Positions 41,076-49,933 of a DNA stretch of 64,000 nt are shown here, piece by piece. Every line of letters starts with the position of its first letter. Position 1 is the stretch's first letter. Origin of the DNA: an uncultured bacterium (GTDB taxonomy: Bacteria > Fidelibacterota > Marinisomatia > Marinisomatales > TCS55); contig CAZECA010000001.1 in assembly GCA_964510385.1 (NCBI GenBank), forward strand, positions 17,340 to 81,339, read 5' to 3'. Made by a program: the position numbers and the translations under genes. The notes under the pieces were generated by a model, which saw only the letters and a list, made by a program, of their open reading frames with translations, was not told the origin of the DNA and made no database searches.

Positions 41076-41103
41076 CAATGCCTTCATAAATATGGGGGCA
41101 TTG
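41076..41103 (+). terminator. Hairpin downstream of glnII, possible terminator or processing site
   Basis: CAATGCCTTCAT-AAAT-ATGGGGGCATTG 12-bp stem with two G-U pairs; weak U tract. Confidence 0.4.
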
Positions 41104-41154
41104 GTGTTTATAGAACTTGTATAATTATATCTTTCTGGTTATTGTCCCAGTCCT

Positions 41155-42522
41155 ATGAACAAACATATTATTATAGTATCATTTTTATTGTTCATTTTCA
41201 TTGGCTGTGATGAAGAACCGGAAAATGAAGAGATAGTAGTAACATCCGCAGGACGAGATAGTTGGGAGATCATTCAAGAGAATATTTTTGCAGAAAACTG
41301 CGTGGAGTGTCATACTGCAGGAACATCGTTTGCAAATCAATCCAACCTGGTTTTGACGCCTGATGTTGCCTACGAACAATTAATACACCAGCCTGTCGAT
41401 AATCAAGGAGCAATTGAAGATGGATTAGAGCGCATAGGTACAGATGGTTTGAGTAGCTTATATAAAAGCTTTCTCTGGGAAAAGATAAATGCTCCTGATA
41501 AAGAGCATTTTTATGGGGATCATCCTCAATATGGATCTCTAATGCCATTGGGCATGCCGTATTTAACAAATGGTCAATTAGAATTTGTGCGCCAATGGAT
41601 TATTGCAGGGGCTCCGGAAACAGGTGCTGTTGCAGATACAGCCTTACTGGCAGATACTCTGCGCTTTGAAGATGTGGAATTCACTCAGCCCACACCACCG
41701 GAAAATGGATTTCAGATCCATTTAGGCCCATTTGAAATTCTTCCTAACTATGAACGTGAATTTCTTTATTTGACCGAACTGGATACCACGGGAGACCTGT
41801 ATGTAAACCAGGTGGAGATCACCATGAGGCCTGGGAGCCACCATTTTATCTTGTATACGTTTGATAACCGGATGCCGGATATTCTTAACCCTGAACCAAA
41901 TACGTATCGGGACCTTCGTGATGTTAATGGGCAATATATCACTGATAATATGGTCGCCATGTTTTATCATGAATTTTTTGCGGGGACACAATGGCCGTAT
42001 ATTAACCGTTCGTTTCCTCAAGGGATGGGGTTGAAGGTGCAAGCAGATGAGGGCCTGGATTTGAATTCACATTATATCAATCGTACCGATGAAACCAACA
42101 TCGGCGAAGTGTTCGTTAACATTCATTTAGTCACTCCAGATGAGATTGAAAAAGTTGTAAATGTATTACAATGGAATCATAATGATTTTGTCCTCCCTGC
42201 AAATGAAATAACAACCCTTGAAAAAATATTTTATGCAGAAGAACGGATGCATATCATACAACTATTCTCGCACGCTCATGAGCATAATCTGGAATTTTCA
42301 GTTGAAATAGTTGGCGGTGAACGCCATGGTGAATTAGTCTATATTTCATATGATTGGGAACACCCCCCTATCCTTGAATTAGATCCCCCTTTGGTATTGG
42401 AAGAAGGAGAAGGATTGAAACTGATCGCCACCTATGATAACTGGACCTCTGAAGACTTGACTTTTGGATTGTTGAGCGAAGATGAAATGATGATTTTATT
42501 CGGCTATTTTTATACTGATTAA
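41155..42522 (+). CDS. Lipoprotein: c-type cytochrome domain fused to copper type II (PHM/DBH-like) monooxygenase domain
   Basis: Lipobox FIFIG-C; CVECH heme motif, GSLMPLG and FVRQWIIAGAP; copper ligands GSHHFILY, LNSHY, FSHAHE, EDEMM. Confidence 0.75.
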   Translation: MNKHIIIVSFLLFIFIGCDEEPENEEIVVTSAGRDSWEIIQENIFAENCVECHTAGTSFANQSNLVLTPDVAYEQLIHQPVDNQGAIEDGLERIGTDGLSSLYKSFLWEKINAPDKEHFYGDHPQYGSLMPLGMPYLTNGQLEFVRQWIIAGAPETGAVADTALLADTLRFEDVEFTQPTPPENGFQIHLGPFEILPNYEREFLYLTELDTTGDLYVNQVEITMRPGSHHFILYTFDNRMPDILNPEPNTYRDLRDVNGQYITDNMVAMFYHEFFAGTQWPYINRSFPQGMGLKVQADEGLDLNSHYINRTDETNIGEVFVNIHLVTPDEIEKVVNVLQWNHNDFVLPANEITTLEKIFYAEERMHIIQLFSHAHEHNLEFSVEIVGGERHGELVYISYDWEHPPILELDPPLVLEEGEGLKLIATYDNWTSEDLTFGLLSEDEMMILFGYFYTD

Positions 42523-43752
42523 ATGTTCTATTCAGTCCCATTTTATATATGCAGAATTCTGTTCTGCGTATTGTTAATATCTACAACTTTTTCCCAAAAT
42601 ACATACCCAATAGTACTGGTCCATGGATTTATGGGCTGGGGAGAAGATGAAATGGCGGGCTATAATTATTGGGGCGGAAAAAGTGACATTGTTACCCATT
42701 TAAGAGACGCGGGTTACGAAGTCCATGAGGCTTCAGTAGGCCCGGTATCATCAAATTGGGATAGGGCTGTTGAATTATTTTACCAGATCAAAGGAGGCCA
42801 GGTAAACTATGGGCAAAGTCATTCAAATGAATATGGTATTCTTCAAGCACCTCCCAATAAAATATATCCCGGTTTATATCCCCAATGGAACGAAGACCAC
42901 CCTATTCATATCATTGGCCACAGTATGGGTGGTCAGACAGCACGCATGTTGAATTATTTGTTAAATGAAATCATTTACATAGACCAAGATGAATTGTATC
43001 CAGAGACAACTGATCTGTTAGGGAATGTCCATGATGGATGGATCAGGTCTATAACAACTATTTCAGCGCCGCACAATGGGACTACGCTTTCCGACATCAT
43101 TACCAAAGGTATTCCCTTTTTACAAGACGTAATTGGACTAGCAGCGGTAGTTGGAAATGATTTTTATGATTTTGATCTTCAGCAATGGGGCTTTGAGAAA
43201 CAAATAGATGAGACCTGGCCCTCATATTTCAGACGAATGAGAGAGCATCAGGCTTGGGGAACTCGGAATATGTGTGCGTGGGACGTAAGTATTGAGGGAG
43301 CGAGAGAGCTAAATACATTATCACCAGCTGACCCCAACATATTCTATTTCTCTTTCAGCACATCAAATACCCGTTTAGACACTGTAAGCGGGTATCATGT
43401 GCCTGATAAAACAATGAGTTTGATTCTTCGAGCTAATGCTCGAATAATGGGACGAAATAAGGCCTACTGGTATGATGGAAAGGCGACTGATTCAACATGG
43501 TTTGAAAACGATGGTATCGTTAATACTATTTCTCAATATGGTCCGACAACAGGATTAGACGGCTCGGACCCTATAGCCGAGTATCGAAAAGGAGAATTAC
43601 TCATACCGGGTCAATGGTATCATATAAAAACCTATTTTGTTGATCACAGGATTTTGATTGGTCATGGAGCCAATGATGTCCAGTCAGCAAACATGATAAC
43701 TCTTTTTGAAGATCACGCAAAGTTATTATGGTCTATACCAGCCAGTGAGTAA
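42523..43752 (+). CDS. Secreted lipase (family I.5/I.6, Geobacillus/Staphylococcus type)
   Basis: Signal-like N-terminus; YPIVLVHGFMGWG, VGPVSSNWDRAVELFYQIKGGQVNYG, IGHSMGGQTAR, PHNGT, ENDGIVN, VDH. Confidence 0.9.
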   Translation: MFYSVPFYICRILFCVLLISTTFSQNTYPIVLVHGFMGWGEDEMAGYNYWGGKSDIVTHLRDAGYEVHEASVGPVSSNWDRAVELFYQIKGGQVNYGQSHSNEYGILQAPPNKIYPGLYPQWNEDHPIHIIGHSMGGQTARMLNYLLNEIIYIDQDELYPETTDLLGNVHDGWIRSITTISAPHNGTTLSDIITKGIPFLQDVIGLAAVVGNDFYDFDLQQWGFEKQIDETWPSYFRRMREHQAWGTRNMCAWDVSIEGARELNTLSPADPNIFYFSFSTSNTRLDTVSGYHVPDKTMSLILRANARIMGRNKAYWYDGKATDSTWFENDGIVNTISQYGPTTGLDGSDPIAEYRKGELLIPGQWYHIKTYFVDHRILIGHGANDVQSANMITLFEDHAKLLWSIPASE

Positions 43753-43760
43753 GTTAAGGC

Positions 43761-44090
43761 ATGGTTACAATAGATGAATTCAAAAAAGTAGATTTACGCA
43801 TTGGTACCATTATTGAAATTGAAGATTTTCCGGAAGCGAAAAATTCTGCATATAAACTGAAAATCAATTTTGGTGGATTTGGTATAAAACAGTCCAGTGC
43901 AAAAATAACAGATTTATACAATAAAAAAGACCTGATAAATCGTCAGATCGTGGCCGTTGTCAATTTCCCAACAAAAAAAGTAGCAAATTATAATTCTGAA
44001 GTATTGGTTCTTGGAGCAGATAGTCAGTATGGAGGAATTATATTACTTGAAATAGAAAAACCGATGCAAAATGGATTAAAGGTCAGTTAG
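43761..44090 (+). CDS. csaA: tRNA-binding protein / secretion chaperone CsaA
   Basis: FKKVDLRIGTI, AYKLKINFG, VVNFP, SEVLVLG. Confidence 0.88.
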   Translation: MVTIDEFKKVDLRIGTIIEIEDFPEAKNSAYKLKINFGGFGIKQSSAKITDLYNKKDLINRQIVAVVNFPTKKVANYNSEVLVLGADSQYGGIILLEIEKPMQNGLKVS

Positions 44091-44092
44091 TA

Positions 44093-44129
44093 TTGTCACA
44101 TATCATAAATATTTGTAATATACAAATAT
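44093..44129 (+). promoter_or_regulatory. Sigma70 promoter with overlapping palindromic MarR operator; predicted leaderless transcript
   Basis: TTGTCA (44093-44098)-N17-TAATAT (44116-44121); perfect inverted repeat ATATTTGTA-ATA-TACAAATAT (44109-44129) covers the -10 box and the ATG at 44128. Confidence 0.75.
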
Positions 44130-44562
44130 GGAATTTGGCGAATTATTAAAATTATTTCTTCTGGATCTTCAAAACCTTTTCCGGTCACGTATAGCCTCTA
44201 ATGAACTAACTCTCCCTCAAATTTTATTGATTTCATGTATACCAGATAACGGTATTGATATGACTTCTCTGTCAAATCGGCTTGGAGTCGACAATAGTAC
44301 ACTTACTCGTGTTGTAGATAATCTATTTAAAAAAGGAAGTGTCAAACGGGAGAAGAATGTACATGATAAACGGATCACAATCTTGAAATTAACAGCTTCT
44401 GGAATTAAGCTCCAGGAATTGATCGAAAAAAACATTGACCATTTTGGTGAGCATATATACAATTCTATTTCTATTGAAGACAGAGATGAAGTAAAGGAAG
44501 TCCTATCTAATTTTCACTGGACACTATCAAAAATTTTAATGAAAAATGAGAAATTTGTATAA
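44128..44562 (+). CDS. MarR family transcriptional regulator
   Basis: 144 aa; LTLPQ, LSNRLGVDNSTLTRVVDNLFKKGSV, DKRITILKLTASG. Confidence 0.92.
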   Translation: MEFGELLKLFLLDLQNLFRSRIASNELTLPQILLISCIPDNGIDMTSLSNRLGVDNSTLTRVVDNLFKKGSVKREKNVHDKRITILKLTASGIKLQELIEKNIDHFGEHIYNSISIEDRDEVKEVLSNFHWTLSKILMKNEKFV

Positions 44563-45625
44563 TACAAGAAATATATCTAATTCTTTGATAGAATGGTACA
44601 GCAACAATAAAAGAGATCTTCCTTGGAGAAAATCTAAAAATATTTATTCAGTCTGGCTATCTGAAATCATGCTGCAACAAACTCAAGTAGATACAGTCAA
44701 ACCTTTTTATAACAACTGGATCAATCAATATCCATCTATAGCTAGTGTTGCAAAAACAAACGAAGAAAATCTTTTAAAAATATGGGAAGGATTAGGATAT
44801 TATAATAGATGTAGAAATTTTCATAAAGCATCAAGATTAGTAATGGACAATTATAATGGTAACATACCAATAGTACATAGTGATTTTATCAAACTACCAG
44901 GGGTGGGTCCATATATATCTGCGGCAGTTCTTTCAATCTCTAAAGGAAAACCACTACCCGCTGTTGACGTAAATATTAAAAGAGTTCTTTCAAGAATATT
45001 AAGATTAAAAAAAGATTCAAAACGAAATCTAAAATATATGCTCAGCACTATTGAAAAGTGGATGAAGCATAATAATCCAGGAGATATTAACGAAGCATTA
45101 ATGGATCTTGGTGCAACAGTGTGCAGGCCTAACCAGGCGCAGTGTCATATTTGTCCTCTGTCAAAAAATTGTAATGGTTATCTTTCGGGAAATCCTGAGA
45201 AGTATCCTCAGAAAGTTATAAAAAAATCAATACCCCATTTTTCAGTTGTTACTTGTTTACTATGGAGAGATGATCGTTTTTTAATAATGAAACGAGATAA
45301 GAAAAATCATCTTGGTGGTTTGTGGGAGTTCCCTGGGGGAAAGATCAAGGAGAATGAACAAATGGATTATGCTTTGAGGAGAGAATTAAAAGAAGAGTGT
45401 GGTATATCAATTAATATTGGTAAAAAAATCGGTAAGGTTAAACATAAATACAGTCATTTTTCCATTGACCTTTATGCATATCACTGTACAACAAAAAATG
45501 GGTCCAGCATTAAAACAGATCAGCCATATTTATGGGTTGAACCAGAGGATATAGATCAATATCCTTTTCCTAAAGCAAACCACAAACTCTTCGATATATT
45601 AGATAGGCAGGAATGGAATGTATAG
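44546..45625 (+). CDS. mutY: A/G-specific adenine DNA glycosylase with C-terminal Nudix domain
   Basis: RDLPWR, WLSEIMLQQTQ, WEGLGYYNR, LPGVGPY, VDVNIKRV, ALMDLGATVC, [4Fe-4S] motif C-x6-C-x2-C-x5-C. Confidence 0.95.
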   Translation: MRNLYNTRNISNSLIEWYSNNKRDLPWRKSKNIYSVWLSEIMLQQTQVDTVKPFYNNWINQYPSIASVAKTNEENLLKIWEGLGYYNRCRNFHKASRLVMDNYNGNIPIVHSDFIKLPGVGPYISAAVLSISKGKPLPAVDVNIKRVLSRILRLKKDSKRNLKYMLSTIEKWMKHNNPGDINEALMDLGATVCRPNQAQCHICPLSKNCNGYLSGNPEKYPQKVIKKSIPHFSVVTCLLWRDDRFLIMKRDKKNHLGGLWEFPGGKIKENEQMDYALRRELKEECGISINIGKKIGKVKHKYSHFSIDLYAYHCTTKNGSSIKTDQPYLWVEPEDIDQYPFPKANHKLFDILDRQEWNV

Positions 45626-46343
45626 GACAATCGTTTCCATAATTTTATGGCCAATAGCTTTTATAGTTTTTGTAATCGGAGCATTATTTTATGCGTTCTT
45701 AACTTATTTTATACCACCGACCCGTTTATATCTAGTTGCCCAGACTGTTTGTAGATCTATGTTGTTAGCAGGCGGACAATGGTTGCGGATTGAGGGTAGC
45801 ATTCCCACTAAAGAAGGTCAACCATATTTATATTTATTCAATCACGAGTCACTTATGGATCCCTTTATGCTGGGTGGAGCTATTGACCATTATGTTACAG
45901 CAGTGGGCGCTGAATATCAGTTTTCATACCCCGTATGGGGAATGCTTGCCCGCAGGCATGGAGCAATCCCGATCAAACGTAAACAGTTAAAAAATGCTAT
46001 TCACAGTTTGAGCAAGGCTGAGGAGGCGATAAAAAGTGGGATCTCTTTCATCATATCACCTGAGGGTACGCGAACCGTATCCGGTGAAATGGGAGAGTTC
46101 AAAAAAGGCCCATTTCATGTGGCATTGAATACGGGTGTTACCATTGTCCCCGTAGCATTGAAGGGGGCATATGCGGCCAAGAAAAAGACAGATTGGCGCC
46201 TGTCTCCCGGTTTTCTCACTATTCGATTTGGTAAGCCAATTAATTCGCAAGAGTACAATAATTTGGACCTCCACGCCTTACAAGTATTAGTGAGGGGAAA
46301 AATTCAAGATTTAATTGATCATAAAAAAGGAGACAAACCATGA
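45618..46343 (+). CDS. plsC: 1-acyl-sn-glycerol-3-phosphate acyltransferase (PlsC family)
   Basis: NHESLMD, SPEGTRT, FKKGPF, IVPVAL. Confidence 0.85.
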   Translation: MYRTIVSIILWPIAFIVFVIGALFYAFLTYFIPPTRLYLVAQTVCRSMLLAGGQWLRIEGSIPTKEGQPYLYLFNHESLMDPFMLGGAIDHYVTAVGAEYQFSYPVWGMLARRHGAIPIKRKQLKNAIHSLSKAEEAIKSGISFIISPEGTRTVSGEMGEFKKGPFHVALNTGVTIVPVALKGAYAAKKKTDWRLSPGFLTIRFGKPINSQEYNNLDLHALQVLVRGKIQDLIDHKKGDKP

Positions 46344-46756
46344 TCACCTGTTTCGGTTGTGAGATTACTGTTCTTTCCATTGTGCAATTATTTATAGGTT
46401 TATTTATTGCAACTGCATTGCTTCAATCAGGGTTAGATAAGATAATTGATAGATCAGGTAACCTTGAATGGCTGACAGGCCACTTTAATAAGTCCCTACT
46501 TACAGGAATGGTCCCACTGGTGTTGACCATCATAACATTCCTTGAATTAGCGGGCGGCGGCCTGTGTTTGATCGGCGGAATTGCGATTATCTTTTACAAG
46601 TGTGATCAATATCTTTTTTATGGGTTAATCATTTCTGGAATCAATTTTATTGCTCTTTTCTTTGGCCAACGCATAGCAAAGGATTATGAAGGGGCCGCAG
46701 TATTGGTGGGGTATTTTATTTTGGTAATACTTGGATTATTAACATTTACCATTTAA
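46340..46756 (+). CDS. DoxX family membrane protein
   Basis: LQSGLDKIIDRSGNLEWLTGHF, ELAGG, LFFGQRIAKDYEGA. Confidence 0.8.
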   Translation: MITCFGCEITVLSIVQLFIGLFIATALLQSGLDKIIDRSGNLEWLTGHFNKSLLTGMVPLVLTIITFLELAGGGLCLIGGIAIIFYKCDQYLFYGLIISGINFIALFFGQRIAKDYEGAAVLVGYFILVILGLLTFTI

Positions 46757-46769
46757 TTGAGGAAGAAAA

Positions 46770-48110
46770 ATGAAATCAAATATTTCTTTGACAACCATAA
46801 GAGAATTCAAAAAAGAATCCAACGGCAACAATCAAGTTAAATTAGCCAGAAACGCAGCAGTGCGAGGAGATGTAATGGATCTGGCCATGGATTGGGGAGC
46901 GTTCAGAAAGATAGACCACACGTTTTCTGATATGATCAGTGGACAAATGAAAGTGACCAATCAAAAATCTAGTGGGCGATGCTGGGGCTTTGCCGGCCTT
47001 AATTTGTTTCGGATCTACCTGGGCAGGAAATACAATCTTAAACAATTTGAATTCAGTCAAAATTATTTCATGTTTTGTGATAAGCTAGAAAAGTCTAATT
47101 ATTTTTTAGAAAGTATAATTTCAACAATTGATAAACCTTTAGATAGTCGATTGGTCATGCACTTACTAACAGATCCAATTCAGGATGGCGGACAATGGCA
47201 TATGTTTGTGAATTTGATCAAAAAGTATGGCGCTCTACCACAGACAGAAATGCCGGAGAGTTTTCAATCAAGTCAGTCCATGCGCATGAATCGAATGATA
47301 ACTCGAAAATTAAGAGGGTTTGCAAAAGACCTTCGCGATGTTGGTAAAAGTGGTGCCGGATTGAACAAATTACGGACTATGAAAAAACAAATGTTAGGGA
47401 CAGTATATCAAATGTTGACTATAAGCTTAGGAACACCACCAGATACTTTTGATTGGCAGGTGAGAGATAAGGATAAACAGTTTATGCGGTTTGAAAAATT
47501 GACTGCTAAAACCTTTTTTAAAGAGCACGTTGCAATTGACTTGGATAATTATGTGTGTTTGATCAACTGTCCTATGTCTAATAAAATATACAATGAAGTA
47601 TATACTGTTGATTATTTAGGAAATGTGATTGAAGGAGAAAAAATACGTTATTTGAATCTTCCTTCAGTGCGACTGAAAGAAGTAACCGTGGAGTCTATTA
47701 AACATGATGACCCTGTATGGTTTGGCTGCGATGTAGGAAAATATTTTCATCGGAATCTTGGTGTCATGGATATGAACATTTTCGACTTTGAACTTTTTTA
47801 CAGTACTGATTTTCCTATGACAAAAGCTGATAGACTTGAATATGGGGACAGTCAAATGACCCATGCTATGCTTTTTACCGGAGTAGACTTGGACAATAGG
47901 GGTAATCCAAGGAAATGGAGAGTAGAAAATAGCTGGGGCGATAAGCGCAGCGATAAGGGATTTGACATTATGACAACCTCTTGGTTCAATGAGTTTAATT
48001 ATGAAGTAGTAGTTAATAAGAAATTTATTTCCGAAAAAGAACGATCAATTTATGAAAAAGATCCTGTCCATTTACCTCCCTGGGATCCTATGGGTGCTCT
48101 TGCAAAATAA
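46770..48110 (+). CDS. pepC: Aminopeptidase C / bleomycin hydrolase (peptidase C1B)
   Basis: NQKSSGRCW (Cys), FEFSQNY, DGGQW, MTHAM (His), WRVENSWG (Asn), WDPMGALA. Confidence 0.95.
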   Translation: MKSNISLTTIREFKKESNGNNQVKLARNAAVRGDVMDLAMDWGAFRKIDHTFSDMISGQMKVTNQKSSGRCWGFAGLNLFRIYLGRKYNLKQFEFSQNYFMFCDKLEKSNYFLESIISTIDKPLDSRLVMHLLTDPIQDGGQWHMFVNLIKKYGALPQTEMPESFQSSQSMRMNRMITRKLRGFAKDLRDVGKSGAGLNKLRTMKKQMLGTVYQMLTISLGTPPDTFDWQVRDKDKQFMRFEKLTAKTFFKEHVAIDLDNYVCLINCPMSNKIYNEVYTVDYLGNVIEGEKIRYLNLPSVRLKEVTVESIKHDDPVWFGCDVGKYFHRNLGVMDMNIFDFELFYSTDFPMTKADRLEYGDSQMTHAMLFTGVDLDNRGNPRKWRVENSWGDKRSDKGFDIMTTSWFNEFNYEVVVNKKFISEKERSIYEKDPVHLPPWDPMGALAK

Positions 48111-48113
48111 TTT

Positions 48114-49244
48114 ATGAAGGACCAGTATCTCTTAGATCCGTCAATTACATTTTTGAACCATGGTTCATTTGGCGCCTGCTCAAAACCAGTATTTGAGGCC
48201 TATCAACACTGGCAACTCACTTTGGAAAAACAGCCCGTAGAATTCATGGCCAAACAGGTCTATGGTCATTTACAAAACGCTCGTAATGTTCTTGGTGAAT
48301 ATGTCGGATGTCATGGCGATGACCTCATTTATGTTACAAATCCAACATCAGCTGTTAATACTGTTATTCGCAGCTTGGATCTTGATTCGGGCGATGAAGT
48401 GCTCATGACGGATATGGAATATGGTTCATTGGTTCGAGCTTGGGAATTGTATGCCGATGAAAAAGGATTCGCAATTATAAAAAGCGTTACGCCAATGCCC
48501 TTGACAACGCATTCCGATTATGCAGACCACTTCTTGAATAATGTAACAGAAAAAACAAAAATCATTTATTTAAGTGAGATTACCAGTTCTACCGGGATGA
48601 TTTTGCCAGCTGGTCTAATCTGTCAAAAAGCACGTGAACTAGGCATCATAACCATTATAGATGGGGCACATGTTCCAGCACATATTCCGTTAAATATTTC
48701 CAGTATGAAACCGGACATTTATGTTGGCGCCTGCCATAAATGGCTTTCTGCACCAAAAGGATCATCGTTCCTCTATGTAACACAATCATTTCAGGAAAAT
48801 ATTAAGCCGTCTATAATTAGCTGGGGCTCAGAGGCAGATCCTGCCCCAACTGAATTTATTTATGAGAATCAATACCATGGGACTTGGGACCCAAGCGCAT
48901 TTTTGACCGTCCCAACTGCTATTCAGTTTCAACAAGACCACATTTGGGATTCAGTAAGCGCAAAATGTAGACAATTAAATAGGGAAACTCTTGACAGGGT
49001 TTATGAGATAATAGATACCGATCGACTTTGCCCCAATAATGATGAATGGCTGGGGCAAATGGCAAGCGTGTTTGTAAATGTTTCGGATCCAAGTGCACTT
49101 AAAGAAAGATTAATGAACAAGTATCAAATTGAGATACCTGTATTTGAATGGGACAATAAAATCATTCTCCGTTTTTCATTTAATGCATATAATGATGAAC
49201 AAGATGCGGATAAATTGATTCACGCAATATCAGATGTGTTTTGA
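48114..49244 (+). CDS. PLP-dependent class V aminotransferase (isopenicillin-N epimerase / C-S lyase-like)
   Basis: FLNHGSFGAC, IDGAH, GACHKWLSAPKGS. Confidence 0.88.
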   Translation: MKDQYLLDPSITFLNHGSFGACSKPVFEAYQHWQLTLEKQPVEFMAKQVYGHLQNARNVLGEYVGCHGDDLIYVTNPTSAVNTVIRSLDLDSGDEVLMTDMEYGSLVRAWELYADEKGFAIIKSVTPMPLTTHSDYADHFLNNVTEKTKIIYLSEITSSTGMILPAGLICQKARELGIITIIDGAHVPAHIPLNISSMKPDIYVGACHKWLSAPKGSSFLYVTQSFQENIKPSIISWGSEADPAPTEFIYENQYHGTWDPSAFLTVPTAIQFQQDHIWDSVSAKCRQLNRETLDRVYEIIDTDRLCPNNDEWLGQMASVFVNVSDPSALKERLMNKYQIEIPVFEWDNKIILRFSFNAYNDEQDADKLIHAISDVF

Positions 49245-49909
49245 GAAAAAAACTTTTTTTATTTGATATTGACGGAACTCTGGTTTCTCCAGGGTCTGTA
49301 TCACGAAAAATACTGAACAATGTCATGACAGACCTTTTGGGGGTATCTCCAGATCTGCAGTTTGAAGATGTGGCTGGAAACACTGATCAGCTCATTGTTA
49401 AAACCGGTTTAAAGCGTGTTGGAGTTAACGAAGAAGAAATTAACAACTGGATAAAAAAGATACTTAAAGAATATGCAGATCGGCTGCCGAATATCTTTAA
49501 CGAATCAAAAGAACCTTTTGCATATGAAGATGCCCAAAAATTGTTGAAACAGGTTTTAGAAAACAAATTTTCCGTAGGAGTCTTGAGCGGAAATATTAAA
49601 GCTGCAGCAGAGGTAAAATTGAAACGATTTGGATTGTTGGATCATTTTCCATTTGGGGTTTACGGCGATGATACTGATGACCGTTCCGCCATGCCCATTA
49701 TCGCCCGTGAGCGAGCCTGGGATGCGTATAATGAAGCATTTCGTTTTGAGGATATGGTATTGGTCGGTGATACAGCAGCTGATGCTAGGGCAGCAGCAGA
49801 TAATGGGTGTAAAAGTATTATTGTATGCCGAAGAGAAAAAACGAATGAACAGGCAATGGACGCAGACGCAACATTAATTGTATCTTCTTTGGATAAGGTT
49901 GATATATAA
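49241..49909 (+). CDS. HAD-superfamily hydrolase
   Basis: FDIDGTL, SGN, KL, VGDTAAD motifs; TTGA overlap with the upstream stop. Confidence 0.88.
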   Translation: MRKKLFLFDIDGTLVSPGSVSRKILNNVMTDLLGVSPDLQFEDVAGNTDQLIVKTGLKRVGVNEEEINNWIKKILKEYADRLPNIFNESKEPFAYEDAQKLLKQVLENKFSVGVLSGNIKAAAEVKLKRFGLLDHFPFGVYGDDTDDRSAMPIIARERAWDAYNEAFRFEDMVLVGDTAADARAAADNGCKSIIVCRREKTNEQAMDADATLIVSSLDKVDI

Positions 49910-49933
49910 TCAACTTTTTATCTAAAAATAAAA

